In this document: one piece after another, positions 8,768 through 18,381 of the stretch
How positions within the stretch are numbered: the first letter of the stretch is position 1
Layout of the letters: each line of letters starts with the position of its first letter
From: a virus
IMG/VR virus record: IMGVR_UViG_3300035670_000075
Span: 32,001 to 96,000 of that record
DNA: 64,000 nucleotides
Reading direction: 5' to 3' (one strand)
The notes under the pieces: generated by a model
The model's input: the letters and a program-made list of their open reading frames with translations, nothing else
What the model was told of the DNA's origin: nothing
Databases searched by the model: none
Made by a program: the position numbers and the translations under genes

Positions 8768-10171
8768 TTAACGCGCAGCCAGCACAAACGCTTCGTCTGC
8801 GCCGAATCTGCTTAGCGGTACATCTGGAATTTCCTCAATAACACGCTTATTCCACAGTTTATAGTCGGCACTACCATACTGCTGCTTTGCTTTTATAACC
8901 GCATCTGATACCTGCTTATTACTCACATACGGCGTTTGCAATGTCAGCGCGCTTGCGCCGTAAACAAATATGCACTCGCCTTTTTGCGATAGCTTCTGCG
9001 CCCCCGACATGCCAAGAATGGTTTGACTGGCATTGTGGTCTGGAACGCGGAATGCGATACGCGCATCAAAGTTGTTACGCATCGCGGTATCAATAATCTG
9101 CGCGTCAGGCGACTGCGTTGCGACCATCGGCAGGATGCCAGCGCTTCGTCGCAGCGATACCAAACGAAAGAAAAGTGCTTGGCATTCTTTAATGATGGGC
9201 TTTTCTTCTTCAGTCAGCATCTTACTGCGCGTCAACATCGATAACTCATCAATAACCACCATGATAAACGGGAATGGCAGCGGCTTACCATCCTCAACGT
9301 AGTTGTCGAGTTTCTTTTTGCCGCGCGCTTGCAGTTCAATTTGCCGCCTATCGCCCTCAGCATCAAGCCACTGCAAAATCTCGTAGGCAGACTGCAAATC
9401 TTTGGCGATTGGCGCTAACAGGTGCGGCATGTCATCGTAAAAACCAAGCTCTGCACCATTCTTCAGGTCGATGCCGACCATGCGGAAAACGTTCGGTTTG
9501 TTATTACTGACCCATTGCACGATTGCACTGTTGAGGAAGTTTGACTTACCCCAACCCTTAGTTCCAGCAGCCAAATAAGATGCGTCACGACCGACGTAAA
9601 TCTTTTTACCTTCAGCACTTTCGCCGAGGTAGATATTTAGCGGGTGTGGATCAGGATTTTGGTATTCAGCGTGGGCGGAAACTTCATTTGCTGCTGACTG
9701 CTCAACAACCTGCGCCACCTTTTCTTGTACAACCGCAACAGGCATCTGCTCACTTCTTTGTTGCATCTTCTTCAGTGCCGCCAAAGCCTGCTGATACCTC
9801 GCGCTAACAGATTTGAGTTCGCCAGAAAGATGCTCGACTTGTGCGACGTACTTACGCTCAGCCTCGTTGCGCGCCGCTGCAATATCAGCGGCGCGAGACT
9901 TCTTCAGCGCATCGAGTGCGCTTGAAGTCACCTTCAGTTGGCGCGTGACCGACTTGAAATCGGCTTCTAATTTATCGTAAGCCAGTCTCAGGTCGGCAAA
10001 GCGGCTTTTAATCGCGTCAATCTTGCCTATCAGTTTGGTTTTCTCGCCATTCTTCCACTGACGCCACCGGGCGTCGTAGCGCTTCCATAGTTCTTTGTGA
10101 GCTATCAACGCTCCCCACATCGCCGTGGGGACGATAAAGAACGCTGCCAGTGTCCAGTTTGGATCAAGCAT
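8768..10171 (-). CDS. FtsK/SpoIIIE-family ATPase with N-terminal TM helix and coiled coil
   Basis: Walker A GTKGWGKS, IDLKNGAEL, Walker B VVIDE, RSAGI..VATQSP, RIAFRV, GAQKL. Confidence 0.9.
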   Translation of the reverse strand: MLDPNWTLAAFFIVPTAMWGALIAHKELWKRYDARWRQWKNGEKTKLIGKIDAIKSRFADLRLAYDKLEADFKSVTRQLKVTSSALDALKKSRAADIAAARNEAERKYVAQVEHLSGELKSVSARYQQALAALKKMQQRSEQMPVAVVQEKVAQVVEQSAANEVSAHAEYQNPDPHPLNIYLGESAEGKKIYVGRDASYLAAGTKGWGKSNFLNSAIVQWVSNNKPNVFRMVGIDLKNGAELGFYDDMPHLLAPIAKDLQSAYEILQWLDAEGDRRQIELQARGKKKLDNYVEDGKPLPFPFIMVVIDELSMLTRSKMLTEEEKPIIKECQALFFRLVSLRRSAGILPMVATQSPDAQIIDTAMRNNFDARIAFRVPDHNASQTILGMSGAQKLSQKGECIFVYGASALTLQTPYVSNKQVSDAVIKAKQQYGSADYKLWNKRVIEEIPDVPLSRFGADEAFVLAAR

Positions 10172-11951
10172 TTGCTGCTCCTTCGAGTTTGAAATTAGCC
10201 CACATTCCTGAGTCTATTTCCGGTTGGATTTTTTTAGTTCCGTAGCGCGATATATGCCCGTCATTGCATTTGAATGCTTCTTGAGCAGTTGACGCTTTTT
10301 CGCCCAACACAACCATCCGGTAACGAAACTTGCACGTCCAGTCATTACAATTTTCAATGACACGTCCATTTTCGTCTAAACCAGGATGCCCAAACCCTTT
10401 TCCAGTCACTTCATCCCACGACTGACTTAGCTTGGCGATTTCATCAGAAACCGATGCGGTTTCATGTGCCGATTCAACAACGCCAGCAGGCATTGCAAAA
10501 TCACGTTGCGATGCACGGCTTAAAAAATCAATCACGTCAGCTTTCTGCTGGACTGGTTCAACATCTCCAAAACTAACGGCAACAGCCGTAGCGCCCTGGA
10601 CTGGGTATTGAACCACTGCGTCATGACTTCCACCGTAGGCTGTTACACCAGCACTGGCAACCACTGGTGAAGATGTGGCGCTGAATCCGCCGCCGAACAC
10701 GCTGCCTTGTGCGCTTGGTTGCTCTTTGGCGGGTTCTTTTCTGGTGGTTGGGCGTGGCGGTACGGGGTCGTTATCGCCATCATCATCGCCAATACTTGCC
10801 AATTTGTCTCTGGCTTTTTCAATTTGCCGAGAGAAAAATCTTTTTGCCGCGCCAGGCAGAATAGATGCTTCATTATCTGCAACCTCGTCAATAATAGTGC
10901 CGTCATCATCTCGCAAAAATCTTAACTGCCCCTTATACATGACATGCAGCGCCCATAAAATAGCGAAACTCGCCGTCATAGCCAATAGCGTAGAGACTCT
11001 TTCAGGTGACGTTCCTACCAACTCGCCAATGCGATGTATCGCAGGCATATAAACATCGCCACCTGCGCTCCCGCTTTTAATTACAGACTGGTCGTATTCT
11101 CTCTGCGCAATAACAACCGCCTGCTCTGCCGCGTTCAACTGCTGAGCATACTGATGGTACATTGAATACTTACCAAGTTCAGCCTGTAATTGAGCTATCA
11201 GCGGTGAGGTTGTTTCTGCTGGCTTTGATTGCTTAATTCTGTTCCAGTCGTCGCATACAGCCTTCGCTGCTGATTTCATCAACCCATAGGACGTTGTTTT
11301 AGGCGTACATGATTGGTCGGTGATTTGTCCTCTGGTAAACTCGGCGTTGTATTGAGCATTCCAAAATTCGGCAACCTGCTTATTGTAAACGATCATCTTG
11401 CTTTCATTTGCAGCGTTAAGACGCTCGCGTTCAGCATCTATTTGAGCTTGTATGCTGCTGTACTTGGATACGTTTTCAGATAACTCAGATTCGCTGAATT
11501 TCCCGCCAGCACCAACTTTACTCAGTTCATTAACTGGAACTCCCGCTATTCTTGCCATTTGATTTTTTGCGGCATCCAAGTTTGAGCTTGAAGCGGTAAC
11601 ACCGGCAGAGCTTACGATGCTTTTAACCCTGTAGTCATTGAATACATCGGTGAAAAATGATGTCATCGAGAACATGGTAATAACAAGCGTAAGCCCATTC
11701 ACAATGCGCGCGCTATTGGCAAGTCCATGATCCCCGATTTCAAGCGCAATAATTTCAGTTGCAATTAGCATTCTTCTGATGTAAACCAGCCCAATTGCAA
11801 AGCCAATGAGGATTGCTTGCGTGAGTTCATCATCTGACATGCGCGCCCATGTGTACGCTTCAGCAGCGAATACCAAGATCAGCATCCCCCATATGGCTGT
11901 GCTGTAGTTTGCGGCTATATCAGTTCTCTGTCTGTTGGTAACTGCCATCAC
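10164..11951 (-). CDS. Multi-pass membrane protein with long coiled coil and low-complexity C-terminal region
   Basis: Three N-terminal hydrophobic helices, a coiled coil and a fourth TM segment; overlaps both neighbouring genes. Confidence 0.7.
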   Translation of the reverse strand: MMAVTNRQRTDIAANYSTAIWGMLILVFAAEAYTWARMSDDELTQAILIGFAIGLVYIRRMLIATEIIALEIGDHGLANSARIVNGLTLVITMFSMTSFFTDVFNDYRVKSIVSSAGVTASSSNLDAAKNQMARIAGVPVNELSKVGAGGKFSESELSENVSKYSSIQAQIDAERERLNAANESKMIVYNKQVAEFWNAQYNAEFTRGQITDQSCTPKTTSYGLMKSAAKAVCDDWNRIKQSKPAETTSPLIAQLQAELGKYSMYHQYAQQLNAAEQAVVIAQREYDQSVIKSGSAGGDVYMPAIHRIGELVGTSPERVSTLLAMTASFAILWALHVMYKGQLRFLRDDDGTIIDEVADNEASILPGAAKRFFSRQIEKARDKLASIGDDDGDNDPVPPRPTTRKEPAKEQPSAQGSVFGGGFSATSSPVVASAGVTAYGGSHDAVVQYPVQGATAVAVSFGDVEPVQQKADVIDFLSRASQRDFAMPAGVVESAHETASVSDEIAKLSQSWDEVTGKGFGHPGLDENGRVIENCNDWTCKFRYRMVVLGEKASTAQEAFKCNDGHISRYGTKKIQPEIDSGMWANFKLEGAANA

Positions 11952-13048
11952 ACTTCTCCTGTTTTGATTAATGGTTCTATGTCAGCGTAAACTTGTTGTG
12001 ACTTAATAAATGACGCAAACTTGTTTGCTGCGTTTACGGTATTAAACTCAACGTGAATATGACCTCCTGTTGAGCCTTTTGATGATTGCTTATACTCATC
12101 AATTACATCAAAATCTTTATCTTTCATCCCGGCAGATAACAGCCATCCATTAATTTTGCTTGCATAGTTGGCGCTCTTGTCGTGCTCAGAGATTATGAAA
12201 TCCAAAGCCAATCCATCCGTATGCAGGCTTTCTGGTTTTTTATTTTTGTGCCACGCATCATTGAGCGACGTAAACCTAATAAAAGAGCTATCAACATCGG
12301 CTTTCTGAATCATTCCAGCTAAAATCCAGATAGCCTCATGGCTATCTCCGCCTTCAACAGCCTGCCCGTATCGACCTCCTTTGATCACTAGCTCGCTTTT
12401 TTGATACTGCCTAAAATCTGAGGTTATATTTGCAACGTAGGCTCTTGTTTCTTTGAATGGAGGAATCGTGTTTTGGTACTTGCGCACGTTACCTTGTCCG
12501 GCGTTATATGCCGCCAAAGCCAAATCAACAGAGCCAAACATTTTCAGTAACTTGGCGAGATAAGATGCTCCGCAATCTAAATTTTTATCTATGTCGAAAA
12601 TGTATTCTTGCTCAAGACCGCATTCACCGCTTGCAGTAGCAGGCATCAACTGAGTTAAGCCTGAAGCACCTTTTGGTGAGCTAATGTTTTCAATCCATAC
12701 CGATTCCTTCGTTATAAGCGAACGAAACAAATACTTGTCAATGCCGTGGCTATCAGCATAGCAATCTGCTTTATTGCGCTTTCCTTCCACTTCGGCGCAA
12801 TTGCCAGTAATGGGCTTGTTATTTAACAAAAAATCAAACGACAACTCCTGTTTGGCAATGCTTGCAGAAGCACTTCTAATATAAAAATCAAAGCCTGGAA
12901 TACTCGGCATCTTGAGGAAATCGAAAGCCACCATGACAGCTATGATGCATAGTGCTGGCGCAATGTTGTACCGTAACGGATACCTGTCATTCCAAAAAAC
13001 CTTAACCACGATTAAGGTGATAATTACTCCAAATATAGACTCGTTCAT
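11948..13048 (-). CDS. Membrane-anchored lytic transglycosylase (SLT) fused to a peptidase M15-like domain
   Basis: KES...SPKGASGLTQLMPATA, ALAAYNAG, IPPFKETRAYV; C-terminal SLHTDGLALDF...GHIHVEF. Confidence 0.85.
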   Translation of the reverse strand: MNESIFGVIITLIVVKVFWNDRYPLRYNIAPALCIIAVMVAFDFLKMPSIPGFDFYIRSASASIAKQELSFDFLLNNKPITGNCAEVEGKRNKADCYADSHGIDKYLFRSLITKESVWIENISSPKGASGLTQLMPATASGECGLEQEYIFDIDKNLDCGASYLAKLLKMFGSVDLALAAYNAGQGNVRKYQNTIPPFKETRAYVANITSDFRQYQKSELVIKGGRYGQAVEGGDSHEAIWILAGMIQKADVDSSFIRFTSLNDAWHKNKKPESLHTDGLALDFIISEHDKSANYASKINGWLLSAGMKDKDFDVIDEYKQSSKGSTGGHIHVEFNTVNAANKFASFIKSQQVYADIEPLIKTGEV

Positions 13049-13070
13049 TGTTTGATTCTTCTATGTGATT

Positions 13071-13139
13071 GATATATGATTTGCACATATACTCGTATAC
13101 CAAATACTATATCATAACGATATATGATGCAAGCATATA
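13071..13139. promoter_or_regulatory. Two GATATATGAT-N5-CATATA operator-like repeats in a divergent promoter region
   Basis: Copies at 13071-13091 and 13119-13139. Confidence 0.5.
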
Positions 13140-13178
13140 TGCGTCACATATCGCCAAACGCGACACAAAGGATATACA

Positions 13179-13553
13179 ATGGCTGCGCAAGCTAAACTTA
13201 CTGATGAGTTAAATCGTGATGAATGCCTCGGTGATGAGGTATTCATGGGGAGAGTTATCGCTGTGGCGGAAGGAAAACCGAAAGTAAAGCAGCTATCAGT
13301 GCCGGGTGTTCTTTTTGATGAATGCCAAGAATCGTCGAGAGCGCTTGGACTGCCGTTTAATGAGTGGATCGTTCAAGCCATGCGTGACAAGCTTGCGCGT
13401 GAGCGCGGCGTATCTTTATTGACGGAACCCGATATAAAACTGATAGAGGAAACGGCGCGCAGAATGGCTGAGCAAGTCGGTGATGTAGTTGCGGAAAGAA
13501 CCGCTGGTCAGTACGGAATGCTGATCGAGCTATGCAGGAATGGAAAAGACTAA
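13179..13553 (+). CDS. Ribbon-helix-helix-like regulator
   Basis: QLSVPGVLFDECQESSRALGLPFNEWIVQAMRDKL. Confidence 0.55.
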   Translation: MAAQAKLTDELNRDECLGDEVFMGRVIAVAEGKPKVKQLSVPGVLFDECQESSRALGLPFNEWIVQAMRDKLARERGVSLLTEPDIKLIEETARRMAEQVGDVVAERTAGQYGMLIELCRNGKD

Positions 13554-13726
13554 AAAAAACGCCGCCATAAAAAAATCAGACGGCGCGAAGCGAGAAAAGA
13601 AAAGCAGTGCATAGCCTCCATGCCATGCACTGCTGATACCTATAAGAACTCCATTTGAGCGCCATTCAGCCAGCGCACATCTTCGCCTGAAATCCATTGG
13701 CTAGGGTTCATGCTGGCTGTATTGAT

Positions 13727-15289
13727 TCACTCAAAAACGCTGATTTGACCGCAGAAGCTTACGCTGTTGCCGTCGCTGTCAGTTCCCGTCCACTTTGCCG
13801 CCGTCCATTCAGCTTCGGCGGTACGCGGGCCGTCGTTTTCACCGGCAGTCGGGGCGAAGCTCATGGTTACTTCAGCCGCGCTGAAGATCACCAGTTTGCC
13901 TGCGCCAGCGCAATCTTTCTCCTGCAACTTCAGGTCGATGCGCGACTTACAGTTGCGTTTCATCCGGTCGTAATACTTCACGGAGTTACCCACGAACAAG
14001 AACGTCACGCTGCCAGTCAGGTTGACATGATTCAGGTGAAAGTTGGTGTTGTAGTAACCCGCCAAGCTATCAGGGTTGTGTGCGTCAACACCGCATTTGG
14101 TGGTGCGAATGCCAGCGTAGCGTTCTTGCATGTTCCACGAACCGCTGGTGATGCAGAACGCGCCTGTCGTGCCTTCGGCACTGGAGTTGGTCGTGAATAC
14201 CATATTCGCGCCTACCAACGGATCGGTGATGGACGAGGCGGTGACGGTGGTGTGGTACGGGGCAGAAACGGCATCGTCTTCTTTGGGGTTGTAATCCAAA
14301 TCGGAAGTAACTACCGCCGTAAAGTTGCCGGTAGCGGTGCTTTCGATGTCGCAAGACATTTCAAAACCGCTGATGGCAACACCGTTGATCCGGCGATAGA
14401 ACGGAATACCGGAGTCGGACTCGTTGACTTGAAAGGTTTTGAAGGTGTTGCTGTCGCGGATGTACTTCGCCCGCACAAACGTCACCGCCACACCAGCTTC
14501 AGCCAGCAATGCGCGCGGGCCTTTGACGGTAATCTTGTGTGCGCCAGGGGTGCTGGTATCTTTGTCTTCGACCAAGAAAGGCTCATCGTTGGCGGAGGCG
14601 TTAATTACCAATCCGCTCATCTTGATGAACTGACCGATACCCACGTTAGCCAACCAGCCGTCGGTTGCGCACGCAATGTGGTAAGTGTCCGGCGTGCCAG
14701 CGGTAACGGTGATAGTGACGGTACGCGACGCGCTTTCTTGCGCAACCCAACCCGTATTATTGGTCATCACGGAGGGGATGAAATCGTCGAACTTGTCGTC
14801 GAGGCGCAGCGAATCTTCAACGGAGAAGCCAACGTCAAAGCCGTTGACGACGCGATGACCGTAACGCAAATCTTCAGAGATAACCGCACCGGCTTCGTCA
14901 TCGTAGCTCGCGCTGTCTTCAATGCCGCCGCCCTTGTAAACCAGTTCCTTCACGGTAGGCGGGACGGTAATACTGATCAACGTGTCGGTACTGAATGCCG
15001 CACCGTCAACCGTCAGCACATGGGGGTCGGCGCTAGTATCCACCGCTACCACATAACGGGTTTCGCCAGCCAGGGTGCCGCCATTGATAAGTACGGGATG
15101 ACCGGCTACCAAGCCGTCAAACTTGCTCGGCGATGCGGCGGCAACGGTAATGTCGTTGTCATTCAGCGCGCCATCGACTGCGGTGAACGTGCCGGTGCGG
15201 GTTTCCAGTTCGTACTGACCGCGATTGGTTTCTTCTTTGTACACCAAACCAACGCGAGCAGCGGTAGGGGTAGAGACTTGGGTTGTCAT
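13727..15289 (-). CDS. Major tail tube protein with inserted beta-rich modules
   Basis: N-terminal ARVGLVYKEET..G; SEDLR..R; beta-rich; structural context. Confidence 0.7.
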   Translation of the reverse strand: MTTQVSTPTAARVGLVYKEETNRGQYELETRTGTFTAVDGALNDNDITVAAASPSKFDGLVAGHPVLINGGTLAGETRYVVAVDTSADPHVLTVDGAAFSTDTLISITVPPTVKELVYKGGGIEDSASYDDEAGAVISEDLRYGHRVVNGFDVGFSVEDSLRLDDKFDDFIPSVMTNNTGWVAQESASRTVTITVTAGTPDTYHIACATDGWLANVGIGQFIKMSGLVINASANDEPFLVEDKDTSTPGAHKITVKGPRALLAEAGVAVTFVRAKYIRDSNTFKTFQVNESDSGIPFYRRINGVAISGFEMSCDIESTATGNFTAVVTSDLDYNPKEDDAVSAPYHTTVTASSITDPLVGANMVFTTNSSAEGTTGAFCITSGSWNMQERYAGIRTTKCGVDAHNPDSLAGYYNTNFHLNHVNLTGSVTFLFVGNSVKYYDRMKRNCKSRIDLKLQEKDCAGAGKLVIFSAAEVTMSFAPTAGENDGPRTAEAEWTAAKWTGTDSDGNSVSFCGQISVFE

Positions 15290-15436
15290 AGCAAAAATCC
15301 TCTGATAGTGAAATTGATTGTCAATCAATGAGTTGACACGCCTTTCACTATAGGGGAAGATGCGTGTATTTAATGTATTTTTTGTGTTAAATGTAGCGCT
15401 AAGCGTTGTTGCATGTCATAAAATCGGGTAAACTAA

Positions 15437-15727
15437 GTGTCAACAGAGAAAAACCACCAGTCCAACCCTGATGCGAAACTCAGGATGGAAAACTTGGGAG
15501 AGCCAATTAAAGAGTTTCGTATCCGTCCAGTGGCGGTCTATCTTTCTGACCGGCTTGGTATTTCGTACAAAGCCGCTTATATCAGGGTTTTGAGAGTGGT
15601 GCGTGAAAAGATGGTCGAGCACGATTATTTTGGCGCGCACGACAGGCTTATTCGCGCCGAATACAAAAAAATCGGCGGCACGATTTTGATCAGCCGCGAG
15701 GCTGTGGTGAAGTATTTTTTATCTTGA
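15437..15727 (+). CDS. Putative DNA-binding (excisionase-like) protein
   Basis: LSDRLGISYKAAY...KKIGGTILISREAV. Confidence 0.45.
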   Translation: MSTEKNHQSNPDAKLRMENLGEPIKEFRIRPVAVYLSDRLGISYKAAYIRVLRVVREKMVEHDYFGAHDRLIRAEYKKIGGTILISREAVVKYFLS

Positions 15728-15731
15728 GGGC

Positions 15732-16052
15732 ATGAGAATGGAAAGAGGCACATTGATTCGTGAGTTGCAGAGAGTCATGCGTGATGAGAATGGCGACGAG
15801 GGTACGCCGACACAGGCGTTAATTGGCGATGTGTTTGATTCGCTGTGTACGTTTATGCATTCGCAATTGGCGGCTGGTGAAGACATTCGTTTCCCCGGCG
15901 TATGTCGCGTATTCGCCAAAGAGACGGTAAAGACATCACGCCAAAACCCGCGAACCAAAAAAAAGTTGCCAGGTCGCCGCAAGATGATGCTGAAAGTTAA
16001 AGCTATCGGCGAACTTGCTGCCGAGTTTAATGAATCGGCGGTTGAGTTGTGA
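15732..16052 (+). CDS. HU/IHF-family histone-like DNA-binding protein
   Basis: LAAGEDIRFPGV...RQNPRTKKKL. Confidence 0.8.
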   Translation: MRMERGTLIRELQRVMRDENGDEGTPTQALIGDVFDSLCTFMHSQLAAGEDIRFPGVCRVFAKETVKTSRQNPRTKKKLPGRRKMMLKVKAIGELAAEFNESAVEL

Positions 16053-16309
16053 AGTGGGCGCAAAGATACCCTACGGTTGGTGCTGTCGCCAAGGCATCGC
16101 TTGAAACGTTGCGTCAGTACGATACAAACCTGCCAGAACCAACAACGGATGTTGAGCGAACTGTGCGTAAGCGCATTACGCGCAGAATCGACGACATGAC
16201 GGCTCAGCAAGTCAGGGAGCAATCGCCGGATGTTGCTGACGCTTTCAACCGAATATTTGATAAGTTGGCGGATAAGGGTGTTAAAGTTCCCGGCGCGAGA
16301 AGGTTTTGA
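16049..16309 (+). CDS. Hypothetical protein
   Basis: Overlapping start/stop coupling on both sides. Confidence 0.55.
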   Translation: MKWAQRYPTVGAVAKASLETLRQYDTNLPEPTTDVERTVRKRITRRIDDMTAQQVREQSPDVADAFNRIFDKLADKGVKVPGARRF

Positions 16310-16926
16310 TGGCGAGGCTTGATAAGCAGTTTGAATCTGCAACTGTCGAGTGGTCAACGCCGCCAGATATATTTAAGCCGCTTAATGATGAATTCGGATT
16401 CACTCTTGATGTGGCGGCGAACAGCCAAAACACACAATGCAAGAATTTTATATCAAAAGAGCAAGATGGACTTGTTGCGGAGTGGATCGGCGTCTGCTGG
16501 TGTAATCCGCCATACGGAAGAGACATAAAGAAGTGGGTTAAAAAAGCCGTAATCCACACATGGGATGGAGTTACAACGGTAATGCTTATTCCTGTACGGT
16601 CTAATACCGTGTGGTGGCATCAGTTGTGTATCCCGTTTGGTGAAATAAGGTTTGTTAAAGGGCGACCGAAGTTTGGTGGCGCTGACAAAGGACTTCCGTG
16701 GCCGCTTGCGGTTGTTGTTTTTCGCGGTAAGCCTTCGATTATTGCTGAAGTCTTGACTTGCGATATTTGCGGAAAAGAAATCACCGACTTTGACAACGAC
16801 CTTTTCCATCACACCGGAAAACTGCACGGCGAGAAAAATTCACATATTCACCTGTGCGGCGGATGTCATAACCAGGCGCTAATGGAAATTGACTTTGATT
16901 TGTTGATTCAGCAGGGGATTATTTGA
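16306..16926 (+). CDS. Phage N6-adenine DNA methyltransferase (phage Dam-like) with C-terminal Cys-rich tail
   Basis: EWSTPPDIF...FTLDVAA, WCNPPYG, MLIPVRS.T.WW. Confidence 0.9.
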   Translation: MMARLDKQFESATVEWSTPPDIFKPLNDEFGFTLDVAANSQNTQCKNFISKEQDGLVAEWIGVCWCNPPYGRDIKKWVKKAVIHTWDGVTTVMLIPVRSNTVWWHQLCIPFGEIRFVKGRPKFGGADKGLPWPLAVVVFRGKPSIIAEVLTCDICGKEITDFDNDLFHHTGKLHGEKNSHIHLCGGCHNQALMEIDFDLLIQQGII

Positions 16927-17178
16927 ATACTCTAATTCCCGCGCGCTGCGCGGGCGACGAGAAAAAACCACGCGCCCCAAAGACCTCGCGTGCGTGCTTG
17001 CACACGATAAAATGCACGCTGGCATCGTAATGCAACGGGCTTTGCTTTTTTGCCGAAACAAAGTCAAGGGGTTGTGCTAACAGCCCCGCCTAAATTCAAT
17101 CACTCTCATTCCAACGCGGAGCGTGGTGAAGAGAAAATAAGAACCCTCCAGTCCTTTCAGGGTATGGTTTGCGCCCAT

Positions 17179-17214
17179 GATAGCCACCAGTTACGGGAAT
17201 AACTGGTGGCTATC
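17179..17214. terminator. Perfect 15-bp inverted repeat between convergent genes
   Basis: GATAGCCACCAGTTA-cgggaa-TAACTGGTGGCTATC. Confidence 0.65.
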
Positions 17215-17222
17215 GAAAACGC

Positions 17223-17894
17223 TCACCCCTTAACCAACTCCGCCCACCAGTTATACGAACAAATCCGCGTCCGATAACCGTCCTTGCGTTCATTGGTAGT
17301 TTCCACGCGGCGGCGCACGCCGTTACTAACGGTGAAATGCAATGAACCACATGTCCAGTCCTTGAAAATCGCATCGCAGCGGTCTTTGAAATCGAAACTG
17401 ACAAACGCACTTTCAGGGACATGCAAGCGAATATCCAGCAAGCCTTCCAGCTTCCAACTCGGCGGCGAATAGCACAGATGCGATTCGCGCTCGCCGACCA
17501 TCTCCAATTCCACATATGGCTTATCTTGCGGTAACTCGCCAACAATCCACTTGCCGCCTTCGTCCGTGGTGATGAAGTAAGCAGGCGTGTACCACATGAA
17601 CAACTGCTCGTCACCATCGCCTGACGCGGATGTAACTGACTCTGCCACGGTGATGCTGAAGGGTGAAACTGACGTGTTGACAGCCGCGATGGTGAATAGC
17701 TTGCCGTTGTTCGCGCCAAGTCCGTCGCGCGACTCTAGCCAATGACCAGGCTCGAAGCCGTCGAACGCGCCGATGTCGCTTGACTGGAACTTGTTTGGCG
17801 CGACAGCATCGATGGTGCCGGATTGCAGCAGACCCCATCCGTCGATAAAACGCTGCTCTATATCGCCGACAATATCTGCGTGCTTAGTGTACAT
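17223..17894 (-). CDS. Putative tail terminator protein with inserted module
   Basis: Start MYTKHADIVGDIEQRF; PQDKPYVEL...GLLDIRLHVP pattern; upstream of the tube gene. Confidence 0.55.
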   Translation of the reverse strand: MYTKHADIVGDIEQRFIDGWGLLQSGTIDAVAPNKFQSSDIGAFDGFEPGHWLESRDGLGANNGKLFTIAAVNTSVSPFSITVAESVTSASGDGDEQLFMWYTPAYFITTDEGGKWIVGELPQDKPYVELEMVGERESHLCYSPPSWKLEGLLDIRLHVPESAFVSFDFKDRCDAIFKDWTCGSLHFTVSNGVRRRVETTNERKDGYRTRICSYNWWAELVKG

Positions 17895-17949
17895 CGTGAC
17901 TACCCCATACAGTAAAGCCGGGCAGGTATCTCTACCTGTCCGGCTTGGG

Positions 17950-18381
17950 TTAATGCTTCTTGCCGCGTGACGGCTTCGGCGCGCTCTTTGAACTCTTGCT
18001 TTTTGCCTTTTCCTTCTCGCTTTCGAGGCGGAGAAACGCGGCATCGACTGCGTGCATCACATCGGCAAATCCGGGGATCAAAACAGCGATGCTGATACTG
18101 AGTATCATATCGCTGAATAGCAGGTTAGCAAACTCCAGGTAAGCGCTAGGCGGTATCGGATTATGCCCAAAGCCGCCACCCGGATTTGAGTTGCGTAGCC
18201 AGTAATACGCTTTCAACAACTCCATGTCGATGAACGACATGTCAGGGCGCTTATCCTCGATTTCCTTGAGTTCGTCAGGGACAATGCCTGTCGCTTCGGC
18301 AATATCCCTGAGTGCCTTTAGATTACGCCCCTTGTTTGAGGCGTAATTTTCCTGCCACTCAAGAAACGCGATTACTTTTCC
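17950..18381 (-). CDS. Tail assembly chaperone, -1 frameshift extension (gpGT-like)
   Basis: The -1 frame from G GAA AAG (18381-18375) is open (KVIAFLEWQEN...) and in frame with ORF 17950..18240 (GFGHNPIPPS). Confidence 0.75.
   Translation of the reverse strand, partial: GKVIAFLEWQENYASNKGRNLKALRDIAEATGIVPDELKEIEDKRPDMSFIDMELLKAYYWLRNSNPGGGFGHNPIPPSAYLEFANLLFSDMILSISIAVLIPGFADVMHAVDAAFLRLESEKEKAKSKSSKSAPKPSRGKKH

Noticed and set aside
13697-15331. 544-aa plus-strand ORF exactly antisense to the tail tube gene
   Set aside because: No recognisable motifs; explained by codon bias of the real minus-strand gene
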